This document shows, one piece after another, positions 52,620 to 64,000 of a DNA stretch of 64,000 nucleotides. The position numbers were made by a program, and so were the translations under genes. The notes beneath the pieces were generated by a model. The model did no database searches. It was not told the origin of the DNA and saw nothing but the letters and a program-made list of their open reading frames with translations. Position 1 is the first letter of the stretch. Every line of letters starts with the position of its first letter. Origin of the DNA: Antedon mediterranea (Eukaryota > Animalia > Echinodermata); assembly GCF_964355755.1 (NCBI RefSeq), contig NC_092670.1:39792388-39856387 (forward strand). The letters run 5' to 3'.

Positions 52620-52890
52620 TAGTCTGTTAGTTAATTGTTATAGTTTGTTCATGGAGGTATATAGTTTGTTAGTTGTTTGTTAGTTAGTTAGTTGTTAGGT
52701 TGTTAATGGAGGTATAGTTTGTTAGTTAGTTGTTTGTAATGTTAGTTAGTTGTTAGTTTGTTAATGGAGGTATATATAGTTTGTTAGTTAGTTGTTAGTT
52801 TGTTAATGGAGGTATATAGTTTGTTAGTTAGCTGTCTGTTAGTTTATTTGTTAATTTGTTCATGGAGGTATAGTTTGTTAGTTTGTTGAT
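52620..52890. repeat. Low-complexity array of atggaggtatagtttgttagtt units
   Basis: Five atggaggtata blocks separated by (gtta)n. Confidence 0.75.
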
Positions 52891-54552
52891 TTCTAACTCC
52901 AAGTTTAACTTTAGCATCTATGTACATTTTGTTTTGTTCACGTTATTTTTTTTCACTCCCCTGCTCCCTCCCGCCCCGATCATTTCTACATGTATATGAT
53001 TTATAGATTGTAAAAATAATAGGTTTCGTATAGTCGTCTATTATTATCTATTATTATAATTCTTCCATGGTTTAGGTAGCATATATATTATAGCATGGGT
53101 ACATTCTATTTATCCATGACTGTACCATAATTCTATGATTAATATACTCGACATGGAGGTACGATATACTGTAGGCCTATATGTTGTTCTCATATTCCAT
53201 GATTAATATACTCGACATGGAGGTATGATATACTGTAGGCCTATTTGTTCTCACATTTCACAACGTCATGGAATAAGCTACAAGACACGATGACGTAACA
53301 GTCATAGACTTGATTAAACCAATCAGATTCGGTACATACGCCATTTAAAGTCAAGTTACTAATCAGGATTGTAAGGTCATATTGAGAGAGGTTTTTGTTG
53401 AAACTTTCATGCGACAACCGATCTGTATGAATGTCTATATGAATCATGATTTGACAAGACAATTCCAAAATAACAGTGACGTGTACTTTGGCGTACTAAG
53501 GTAAAATATATAACCATACCAACATCTGGAGCATTAGTAAATCGACAGGCTTTATATAGGCTTTCTCGGGAGAAGGTAAGTTATCTTCGTGTCACAAGTA
53601 AAACCAGTTTCCTGAACTTTAATAAGTTTATAAGGAAACGTTTAGAAGTGTGACCTCGAGCCTATTTAACCTGTTCGGCTTCATGGGAGCTGGAATGTAA
53701 CTAAGCACATAATTGTTCCCACAGCGAAATGCCATGACGTTTGTCTGTATTAGTGTAACTAGAATACTTACACCATGGAGGTAACAATTGTTACTTCCAA
53801 TAATATTACCATGGATTTTATACCTCTATGCTATTATATGATATTATATTATATAGTTTACAACTTACAAGTCAACATTTTTATACAAATACACAAAAGT
53901 CAGTCCTTTTAGGCTATTGCTATCGTGATTGATTTTGTTGGTCTAATTCTGCTGTATAGTTCGTCTGTATTGTATTGTTGTTCGTCTGCCGCAGAAAATT
54001 AAATATACAACTCTCGATTCAAATCCGTAATGAAAATCGGATTTTTTTTAACTAGGCCTATTATTACAGGTAATTGTGTTTGCATACATAGGCAGTGACG
54101 CCGACAAGTGTTTGTCTAAATAAATGCATATTGGTTCCTTTATTTCCTTGTGTTAATAATGAGTTATTTACAAATATTGTTTTTATTGCATAAGAAAGTT
54201 GGTAGTTTGAGTTCACTCCAAAATTACACATGCACATCGGCAGATTTGATATAAAACAAGTTTAGTCTGTGCTCACATCACATGACTCTCCGCAGCAAAT
54301 ATCCTACAGATCTTGTCCATTTACCCCAAAAACCAATCCTGGCCGATCTAACAGGCCTACACAAAGTGCAATTATACGCTACCTAATTTATGTTGTAAAA
54401 AAACATATTCTTTTGTATGTTGAAACTGTTATATTATATTTTCTTGCAGGGAGAAAATGCTACCAGAAGACGTCCGGGAAATCCTATCACAATCAATAAT
54501 ATCTTCCGTTCACATAGTGTAGTTTGGATAATATAATGAAGTGTGGAACGCC

Positions 54553-56382
54553 ATGTCATCTGGCTGCAATAGCTGTCAAAATGTAGACGAAATAATTTGT
54601 AACATGGGTTCGCACCTGACGTGGGACGAACTGAAAGACATTCAACAAGATATTTTGAGAAGGGAGGAAACGATCTTAAGCGTGAGACGTGTGGACTTTG
54701 ATACACTCCCCACATATTTCATTTCAATCAAAAACTTATACGGATATATCTTGTTTAAGTTGCATAAAGTAAATGAGAGTATAGATATATTTAAAGAAGT
54801 ACTGCAAAAAGACCCTGACAATTTGAACGCAGTTCGTAATCTGTTTACGATATATAAGGTTCAAGGAAGAAGGACGATTGCCAGTGTCTACAAGAGAGAC
54901 TTGGATAGACTATGCGAAAACAAGGAAGACATCATTATTACGCGTGCATTTTGTGAGCGCGCGCACGCGGTGCGTCATTTTCAACAAGATTGTCGCGAAT
55001 TTACGTACATGCCTTACTTATGCCAAGCATTGGAGTTTAGCAACAATATCACAATTCCCGAAAAGGGTGAATGGTTGTTTGATTATGGCTTAGCATTATT
55101 TAGAAAGGATTTCCAATTTCTGCTTGCTCGTGCTAGTTCTGAGGAAAAGGATCCAAATTTTAATGATGCTATTAACACGTTCTATAAGGTCATCCAGGTC
55201 GAAAGAGGTTGTGAGGTATATAAAGCATTGTCGTGGGTTTTTATGGGGATTTTACTAAGACATGATGCGACGCGATCATTAGATCGTTGCTTTCCGAAAA
55301 ATGCTGAACTCCACGGACTGAACTCCATTGACTGTATTGAAAAAGGTCTGCAACTATCGCCTGAACATCAAATCGTTACTAGGAGAGTTGCATCTGAATT
55401 CTCGCGCGTTGGTCGCCATGAAGAAGCTGCGAAGCTTTTCACTAAATCGCTCAGCCTAGAGAAATCGTGGTTTGCGTACCGCCATCAAGGACTGATGTAC
55501 ATACGCATGTATGAGGAGACGCATGATACAAACTTACTGGCAAAAGCAGAAGGTAGTTTAAAGCAAGCTATTGAAAAGAAGGATGTACACGCCGATCATT
55601 CTGATCTTGGCTACGTGTATTTCTTAAAACGAGAATGGGACAATGCTCTTCAAGAGTTTCTTCGTGCTAAATATAACCAGAATAATGACAACTTTGACAC
55701 AACAGAAACTCACAGACGTTGGGCTGAATGTTTAAAAGCATGTGGAGAATACGAGAGTGCTACGTTACAGCAGGAACTTGCTGACGCTTTGACGACAGAG
55801 TTACGAAGTATGATTGATGAGATAGAAAAACGTGGCATAAAACACGGAACAGATTGCAATGGCAATGAATGCAACCGCCATCATTCTCAATATAGACATG
55901 ACGAACGAGAAGGATTTGTTAGTATTAAAACTGCACATGAAATCGCCTACAGACCACGAATATCCGGCGATCGGAAACCATTCCGTTACGATTTTTTTCT
56001 CAGTTTTTGTCACATAGACCACAAGTGGGCTAGTGCACTGTTGAAGAAGCTCGAAAATGACTTTGACCTTATTGGATGCATACGGTATAGAGACTATGGG
56101 CTTGGTTATACAATAATTGAAAATATAATGACGTCAATTAAAGAAAGTCATAAAACAATTATTATTATGTCTCCTGACTCAATAAAAAGTCACTATTGTA
56201 ACGAGGAAATCCGTCGTGCTTTAGACCAAAACGTTAAAAGGAAGTGCATCATTCCAATAATGCTACGAGAATGTGAGGTACCTGAAACATTAGAAACAAT
56301 GCAAAGGATTGAGTGTGTCAGCGGTCAATTTCACAAGCATCATTGGCACAAATTAGGGGAAGATCTTAAATACCAGGCGTGA
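54553..56382 (+). CDS. TTC22/IFIT-like TPR repeat protein with a C-terminal TIR domain, 609 aa (single coding exon)
   Basis: N-terminal GSHLTW (cf. IFIT CHFTW), FKEVLQKDPDNLNAVRNL (cf. TTC22 HPGNLNAWANL), EKGEWLF, YKALSWVFMGILL, SWFAY and DLGYVYF. TIR box1 YDFFLSF, GCIRYRDYGLG, KTIIIMSPDSIKSHYCNEE, IIPIML. Acceptor TGCAG at 54449. Confidence 0.92.
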   Translation: MSSGCNSCQNVDEIICNMGSHLTWDELKDIQQDILRREETILSVRRVDFDTLPTYFISIKNLYGYILFKLHKVNESIDIFKEVLQKDPDNLNAVRNLFTIYKVQGRRTIASVYKRDLDRLCENKEDIIITRAFCERAHAVRHFQQDCREFTYMPYLCQALEFSNNITIPEKGEWLFDYGLALFRKDFQFLLARASSEEKDPNFNDAINTFYKVIQVERGCEVYKALSWVFMGILLRHDATRSLDRCFPKNAELHGLNSIDCIEKGLQLSPEHQIVTRRVASEFSRVGRHEEAAKLFTKSLSLEKSWFAYRHQGLMYIRMYEETHDTNLLAKAEGSLKQAIEKKDVHADHSDLGYVYFLKREWDNALQEFLRAKYNQNNDNFDTTETHRRWAECLKACGEYESATLQQELADALTTELRSMIDEIEKRGIKHGTDCNGNECNRHHSQYRHDEREGFVSIKTAHEIAYRPRISGDRKPFRYDFFLSFCHIDHKWASALLKKLENDFDLIGCIRYRDYGLGYTIIENIMTSIKESHKTIIIMSPDSIKSHYCNEEIRRALDQNVKRKCIIPIMLRECEVPETLETMQRIECVSGQFHKHHWHKLGEDLKYQA

Positions 56383-57537
56383 TATGTTACGAAGCAGGAC
56401 ATTTAAAAGTAAACAAGGATATACCATGGAGGAAATACATTGAAATACAGTAATACTGATGATTAATTTCCTGATAGACCTGAATGAGTACATTTATCAG
56501 TCTGCGATGACACTCGACAATTGTGACGTCACATGAAGTAATTCATGCATCGGTACACTTGCTAATAAATATTAAAATAATGATCAATAGAAATAACCAC
56601 AACAATATATCTATAAATGTGTTATGACGTCAGTTGAAACCAAACTATTCCTATGATGACTTTAATTCTCGTAAACATTAGAACAATAACAAATTATTAA
56701 TATATAATTTGGAATTGTTGGTTATGGTCTTTGTAAACATTGGCGAGTTGGTTTAATTTCTTTACTACTGTATACAATAGGCCTACAGTATTCAATGTAT
56801 GTACTATATTATTGTGTGTGAGCAGAAATAAAAACAAAAATAAAGAAATTTGACTTTGTAAACAAAATATTTCACCTATTGTGCTATTTTAAAAAGAAAT
56901 GTTCGTATTCTTTAAGTTGAAAAAGATCATTCGATTTACTAAACAGATTACCGGATTGCAACAAGCGCTTGTTAAAACAAGGCAATCTAACAACTAACTT
57001 GGTTAAAACAATTTCGTTTTTAGTTTCGCAATAATTCACCAACGTTCCAAAACATGAGAATAATGGTTACATATCAGCATTTTTAGTTTGTCAAAAAATA
57101 GATAATAAGTCCCTTCTAAAAAAAAAATTAAAAAATAATCAAATCCCGGACGTGAAACTAGCAATTGTTAGACAAGAAGACCAACTTAAAACAAGACGCA
57201 CTAAGAAGCTGAAAAACAAACCATCAACAGTTTAACGATCATGTTAAAATTATTATATTACTGCAGTAACTACATTACTGTAATAATGTATTATTTTAGT
57301 TTGTGTTAATTTAGACATTTGTAAGGTACTAACTGCAATAAACAGTGTGTATGATTAACTATAAAAACTTGCTAAATAATTGCATAAGCAGGTTTTAACA
57401 GTAAAAAATGTAGTTACTGCAGTAACTGCAGTAGAAACATTTGTTTGGTCCATTACGTTATTGAATACAGTAATTGTAATAGTATTGTTGTGTATGATTG
57501 TCTATACCGGTTAACAATCTGCCTTCAGTTCATATTT

Positions 57538-57883
57538 ATCATGCAGTACACACCAATCGTCATGCAGTACACACAAATCGTCATGCAGTACACACCAATG
57601 GTCATGCAGTACACACCAATCGTCATGCAGTACACACCAAACATCATGCAGTACACACCAATCGTCATGCAGTACACACCAAACATCATGCAGTACACAC
57701 CAAACATCATGCAGTACACACCAAACGTCATGCAGTACACACCAATCGTCATGCAGTACACACCAATCGTCATGCAGTACACACCAATGGTCATGCAGTA
57801 CACACCAATCGTCATGCAGTACACACCAATCGTCATGCAGTACACACCAATCGTCATGCAGTACACACCAATCGTCATGCAGT
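57538..57883. repeat. 21-bp minisatellite (atcgtcatgcagtacacacca), about 16 copies
   Basis: Direct tandem; accounts for three repetitive ORFs. Confidence 0.97.
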
Positions 57884-57991
57884 CAAATATTGCGTAATTT
57901 ATACCGCCACCTATCGACAAAATTGAATATCACGTGACATTTATTAGACGGCTGTAAAACTAAGGCTATATACAAACTTTATACTACAGCA

Positions 57992-58122
57992 ACTCACGCT
58001 GTTATGTCTACTACTACACCGCACGTGCTTTACGTCTTATAGATTCCAAGATTTATTTAATAGTTTTTCCAGCCATTTTAGTCATAAAGTACGTGCGGTG
58101 TAGAGTAGTAGACAGCGTGAGT
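57992..58122. repeat. Inverted repeat / small fold-back element
   Basis: actcacgctg..gtctactactacaccgcacgtgcttta versus taaagtacgtgcggtgtag..tagtagacagcgtgagt. Confidence 0.7.
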
Positions 58123-58917
58123 ATTGACCAAAAAATAAATAAACCAACATTTTGTTTCAGCTAAACCTGTACTACTTTTTGCAAAAATCAAAAAGCCTAA
58201 TTACAATTTGTAAGTTATTAAGGACGCATAATGAATGTACAATTTTAAATAAATATCAAAGGATTGAACATAGTAAAAAACACACACACACACACACCGG
58301 AGAACGTTATGAGAATATAGAGCGTTGTTTATATTGTGATACAGATCTGCTATTTTACGAGTGTCTAGTTTCGAAAAGTTGGTAATTCTACCGAAACTAC
58401 ACCGTTTGTTGAATTACTCAAAACGTTACTATAATATTGACATTGAAGCCTGAGTAGATACCTTTGCGTTTGATTATTGAAGCAAAAAAAAATGTTTTCA
58501 AAAAGTGATGAGAAAGAGCATGTTCATTATTCGATTGGTTAATGTTTACAGGGTTTGCCCGGCGGGTGCCAAACAACTCAAAAACGGGTTCTCTTCAACT
58601 AGCACAGTACTAATACAAAGTGCTGCCAGCTACCTGTTATCATGCTGAGACATAAATGCTGTGTCATTCATGTATTTCCTTAGCTAGAATAAACAGATCA
58701 GACAACAAGGGGGGTACTTTATTACACTTAATTAAGTTTAGATAAAAAATTGTCTGACGCTATTTCTATAGCCTAAACAGTGCGCGTTTCCAGGGTATTT
58801 AATATGTCTAGTGTAACGTATGACTGAGCATGCAGGTTGCAATCCGCCTACTACAGTATCATCAGTATCCTATCCCAGTCCCAATTATGTTATCAAACAA
58901 GTATAAGCAATAAGTAA

Positions 58918-59077
58918 AGCCCTGTCTACACTATCAAACTAGTTTGACAAAAAAAGGTGTGATGTGCCCAAATATGGTAGTGATATTCCTAAATATGGTA
59001 GTGATATGACATCATCATGTCCATATATGGGCACATCACATTTTTTGTCACATAAAGTTTGATGTGTAGACAGAGCT
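58918..59077. mobile_element. MITE family A, near-consensus copy
   Basis: TIRs with a perfect TAA TSD and two internal 21-bp subrepeats. Confidence 0.9.
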
Positions 59078-59403
59078 TAATAAAGTAGGCCTATAGCATG
59101 AGCCTGGTTGTCATATTTGATAACCTTAATTTGTACACGAGGATGTCATCCTGCATAACTATTGCATAATCATAGGCCAATGTTCACTGTTCATATTAGC
59201 ATATATGTATTGTCCCTTGAAACACAAAAAATTAGGGTCAAAATATTCTAAATTTAAATTGACCATATCAAAGAAATATTAAAATTATTCACTTTAAGTC
59301 GAAAACAACAAGTTTACGTAATTAACAGGTAAATTAATTTGATTACATTTCGTCTGGAAAAATCGTCGCGAGCGAAAGTAACCAAAGATTTCAAACCATG
59401 TAT

Positions 59404-59734
59404 TAGTCCAAAGAGCATTAGTTCATAAGTATAGGCAGACCAGAAACTGTAGTAGCGGCCATTTTTTGACAAAATTTTCTGTTAGAGCAAATAGGAATGT
59501 ATATATTGTGACCTATTTGACACCAAAATCGATACTCTACGACAAGCGGTTACAAAGTTATAGACCAATTTAAAATGGCAGCCATTTTGGACGCCATCTT
59601 GGATTTCTCGGAGAGCACAAGGAGGATTTTCCGGGACTTTTAGTATGATGTTCCAATCATAGTTCTCGACCTTTCCTGAAAAAATTAGCTTGTTACCAGA
59701 AATTTCCGGGTCAAACCCTAATGCTCTTGGACTA
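59404..59734. mobile_element. Academ-like non-autonomous DNA transposon
   Basis: TAG...CTA termini, TIR tagtccaa(a)gagcattag, 3-bp TSD tat. Confidence 0.7.
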
Positions 59735-60935
59735 TATGCATTGTGCATGATGTTAATTAGGATTGTTTACAACTCGTCACGGTTGAGAAGGTGTTCTCAC
59801 ACAGATCGCGAGGAAGTTTTATGATTATGCATACAGAGTAGCCAAACAAGCGCGTAACATTATGAGATATGTTTCGATTGAAAACTTTGACTGGAAGTCA
59901 AAGTTATTTTTTGAACAAAAAAAAACGTCTGTATTTCAGTTAAATGATTTTTTTTTCGACTAATTTTTGGTGAAAGTTAATAACTATTATGATACTTCAA
60001 AATGACCAACTTTTTTTCGAAATCTTTTTTTGTTTATTTTTTTGGAATTAGTCAAAGGGACAGTGCATCTTTAAGAAAACAATGTGACCAATATTTATCA
60101 CAACCTCATTATTGTGGCCTGTAGGTGACATACATACCGAAAGAGGAAATAAATGTCTATCCTATTGTATAGGGCACTTGATTGTTAATCAGACAGTATA
60201 GGGCTAAAGTTCAATAAAACCGATGAAAGGAGATCTCTCTCATGCGTATTACTATCCCACCATCAAGTAACTTAGGACGAAACATATCCAAAAAAAAAAA
60301 AAAAAAATCCAATCCTTATTCAGGAGACTTGGTTGGGTCCCAAAGATTACCCCTTAAAATGTTCAATACTCATTCAGAATATTCACTGCATTTATATTCA
60401 TGCATTATCGGTTGGTGCCCATCATGACGTAAATTTCAAACAAAACAGACATACAATTCTACAATTTCGGTCTCAATGAATACCTAGGCCCATACAATGA
60501 ATAATCGGGTTACCAACAATGGTGAATACATCACGAGATTGATGGGTTGGAAGGACGGTTGACTAAATTATTTATATCAGTGTCGGAAAATCCACGAATC
60601 TGTTTCAGACGGAACGACTGACACATCGGTTATATACTTACCAAAAAAGAGAAGTTATTATTATAATGTATTGAAAAATGTGTATACAGAATGATTCAAC
60701 TCAACACGATTTGTAGCCCATATGTTATTTTGGATTATGGGTTGATGGACCCGGGCCATTTGTGACAAACCAATCCAGGTGAATGGAGTTTAGCAATAGT
60801 GTAGGCTACATAGTTTATAAGCGTAATACAACCGTGTCAACTACTGATATTTTAGCTGTACAATTTCCTTTCTCATACAAGCAAGCGTGACGTGCTTCAC
60901 TGAAACAATTTGTGTGGATACGGTATTTTACAAAG

Positions 60936-63436
60936 ATGGCGTCACTTGATGATGTCGAGTTGGAATTCGGGCATTGTCAGATTTTAGATAAAGTTCCATT
61001 GGACGACCGGATTAAAAATGGAGTAGGCCTACGTGGAATGAGTCAAGATCACGAAGAGACTCTAGCAAGTCATCGACAATCAAATACATACGGGAAACAA
61101 ATTAGCAAAGTTAGTCTGGCAACTCATGTCAAACCAAACTACAAACACGATTTCTATGTGATATCATCTGAATCTGATCGAGATTGGGTCGTTGACAATC
61201 TTGTACCAAAGCTAGAATCTGAACATAAATTGAAAGGCTACTTAATTTGGAGAGATAGCAAATTCGGGGATTACGTACTAGACGCAAGGGTTGACGCAAT
61301 GTTTAATAGTAGATATATTATAGTTATATTATCACCTAATTTTAGAGTGTCTTTTTGGATTAAGTATGAACTTAATTTTGTTTTACATGATGCTATAGAA
61401 CGTTTACCAGATTACAAAGTGTTTCAAATAATGATCGAACAGTGTGAAGTTCCCAATGAACTGCAGCCCTTTAGTCAAAGGTTGATAAGATGTAGTGATG
61501 GCGGCGTCATGGGTGAACGTGGTTGGGAGCGACTTATTAGATTGTTTGGCATGGCCAAATTGGATTTTACCGAAGCTGACAAATTGAAAGATAGCAACGT
61601 TATAGAAACGTACACACGGAGGAAAAGATGCTTAGAGTTAACGGATGAACAAAGAGGTATACAATTAGAAAATAATACAAATTAGTGAAAACTACTAATC
61701 TGACATGCTGTGCTTAAGCTGCTGAAACTGCTAATAAATCACTTGCTTAAGCTCAACTTATAAATGTGCTGAAATTACTAAATATATTCTGACATGCTGT
61801 AAAGTGTTGCTTAAGTTGTTACAACTTTTAATATGTGCTGAAACTGCTACTATAATAATTATAACATGATGTAAAGTGTTGCTTAAGCTGCTGAAACTGC
61901 TAATATATTACGACATTCTGTAATGTGTTGCTTAAGTTGTTACAAATTATAATATGTGCTGAAATTGCTAAATATATTATGACACGATGTAAAATTAGCA
62001 GCTTAAGCTTAAGCACAAGCGCAATCAAAGTCCAGCAGCAAAATGCAATATATGCCTCTAACAGTAAGTGTAGGCCTACATCATGTAAGAATACAGCAGC
62101 ATAAGCTAAGTAGTACATTTCCTCCTATTTTCAACACTGTCAATAGCAGTGAATACCGGCAAAAGGACCAATACTGCGCATTGGTCCTCGGTGAAATGTA
62201 TCTATATGTTTACTCCACTGTTTCAATTCATCCTTATTAATATTTTTTGTATAAAAATCCGTATTTTAATGATTGAATGGATGGAATTCAGTATAGAAAC
62301 GAATCAAATTTTCTCCTACTATCTCCGTATGAACTCTTACCAGTAAAACCATGGAAAGAATTATCTAATAATTTATAATTTAGATTTTGAACCACCAGAG
62401 CCTATCAAAGGCGAGCAAGGTAGCGCTGTTTATGAAAAGACGTTTCGGATGGATGGATGGCAGTCATCATACGAAGATGAAATGGTAAGAAAGGGGTTTA
62501 ATCTTTGCATTTTTGTTATGACGACGACGCGGCCAGTATGTTGAAATAAAACTTTGTAGATTTCTGGGCATGCGTATAGACTGGTCATTTAGTTAGATCG
62601 AAATATTTTTATGTCAAAATTAGCACGGTATGAAAGTGAAACAAAACGGTAATACCGACGAAGATTATCTTGAAATGGAAGCGCATCGGATTATTGCTGC
62701 AAATCAAATAGCAGGCAAACAGTACAGAATTAACTGAAATACAAATTAGATGCCTAAAGCTCTGTCTACACTATCAAACTAATTTTACAAAAAAAAGTGT
62801 GATTTACCCAAATTAAGTAGTGATATGCCCAAATATAGTAGTGATATGACATCCTCATGTCCATATATGGGCACATCACATTTTTAAACTAACCTGGATC
62901 CTCTTTTATTTTTTAAAGAAAGGGTAAAGCTTGCTAAGCCTGATATTATTCCAACAAAAACTGACTAAGCCTCATTCACACTGTATTATTAATAATAACC
63001 ACCTCATTAATTACTGGAATACATTTAATGTTGTATCATTCAATTCTTTCAGGTTCCGCCGCCTGCCGATGATTTTGACTTTAATCTTCAAATGTGCCGT
63101 CGAATAGCCGGATATACACAACATTCCTTTTATACTAAACTTCCAGAAGAAATCTGTCATCGTTTAATGTTAAATCTTGACTTGGAAAGGGAAGGTACAA
63201 ATGGCCCACTTGATTGGAGAGCTTTAGCTGACGCAATGGGAATCAAAGCTGACACGATTGAAAAGATGAGAATTGATGGTAAAGACCCAACTTTCAACCT
63301 GCTAACGTTATTAAACAAAACATACAAAACTCCTTACGAGTTTTGTAATACGTTATATGAAAAACTGAGAGAAGCAGAACTTCTTAGGGAAGCTGAATGG
63401 GTATCGCCGTACACATCAGGAGTCGCGCGAAGTTAA
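60936..63436 (+). CDS. TIR-linker-Death domain protein (MyD88-like domains in reversed order), about 401 aa
   Basis: Exons 60936-61656 (AG|GTATAC, phase 1), 62384-62484 (TTAG|, G|GTAAGA) and 63053-63436 (TTTCAG|) are frame-compatible. TIR: HDFYV..DRDWV..LVPKLE..RDSKFG..SRYIIVILSPNF..SFWIKYEL. Death domain: RLMLNLD..DWRALADAMG..DPTFNLL (cf. MyD88 DWTALAEEM..DPTGRLL). Confidence 0.82.
61695..61990. repeat. Degenerate tandem repeat in TIR-DD intron 1
   Basis: Recurrent gtgttgcttaag(t/c)tg and atgtgctgaaa(c/t)tgcta blocks. Confidence 0.6.
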
Positions 63437-64000
63437 GTTACATTGTAATGTATATTCTAATATCTTTAGTATACTTTAATACTGTTTATTAGTATAAATT
63501 CAATCAACAACGTTTTAAACTTTGAAAACTGTCACTAAGGGGTTATGGATTGGGAGTGATGGTTTGAAATAATTTGTAGTAGAAACACATTACCCAGTAT
63601 AAGGTGTTTAGGGAGGGGGGGGGGGGGAGGGCGGAGATACTGGCGTTTTGTGGGTAATGAAGTACAACATGATTAATTGGGATTGTTACTACATTTGAAC
63701 TGTCCTTGGGAAGAGTTAAGATTTGTTGACTTTGGTGGGATGGGAAGAGGAGAAAAAAGGCTGGAGCAATTCAGCTGAATTAGATATTTTAATCAGTAGC
63801 CAATATGACACCTATTCATATTAACAATTTGCAAAGTAAACCAGGACTATTTATAGCTATGTATCGTCGTTTTGGCCTATCATTGTGAAGTTGTTGAAAT
63901 TTGTACTGGGAATGATTTTTTTTGTTAATCACCCAAGTGTGAGGGTGCGATTGGAGAGGGGTAGAGTTTAAACTAAATGTTTAATGAACGCCGCCTAAAT

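Noticed and set aside
57445-57926. ORFs (MQYTPIV)n, (HAVHTNR)n and (MTIGVYC)n
   Set aside because: Translations of a 21-bp minisatellite with no splice or start context.
60912-61685. Stand-alone TIR-only gene as listed in the ORF track
   Set aside because: An in-frame donor at 61656 links it to downstream Death-domain exons; the TIR-only form is kept only as a possible isoform.

Overview
AT-rich, intron-containing eukaryotic DNA, most likely from a marine invertebrate. A Deu-type tRNA-SINE and the TIR/Death-domain content hint at a non-vertebrate deuterostome (inference only). By joining GT-AG splice sites in frame I reconstruct seven protein-coding genes: a BTB-BACK-6xKelch protein (+, 3899-7378), TMEM249/CatSper-theta (+, 9103-11830), an orphan 125-aa single-pass membrane protein (+, 18462-20000), a cytochrome b561 (-, 27848-25004), an Alba-domain RPP25/RPP25L whose ATG appears split by an intron (-, 50621-46077), and an innate-immune pair at the right end. 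That pair is a TTC22/IFIT-like TPR solenoid fused to a TIR domain (+, 54553-56382; intronless CDS, NF-kB-type sites upstream) and, 4.5 kb downstream, a 3-exon TIR-linker-Death-domain protein, i.e. MyD88 in reversed domain order (+, 60936-63436). It is the best candidate for an undescribed system (cytosolic TPR sensor -> TIR-TIR -> Death-domain adaptor). Non-coding highlights: two minimal Penelope-type hammerhead ribozymes, one linked to a 48-bp tandem array that recurs elsewhere; several 22-45 bp palindromes with 7-8 bp target duplications that look like P-element excision footprints; about 19 copies of one Harbinger-type MITE; nested DNA transposons; and several satellites. All homology calls come from motif recognition by eye, with no database searches.
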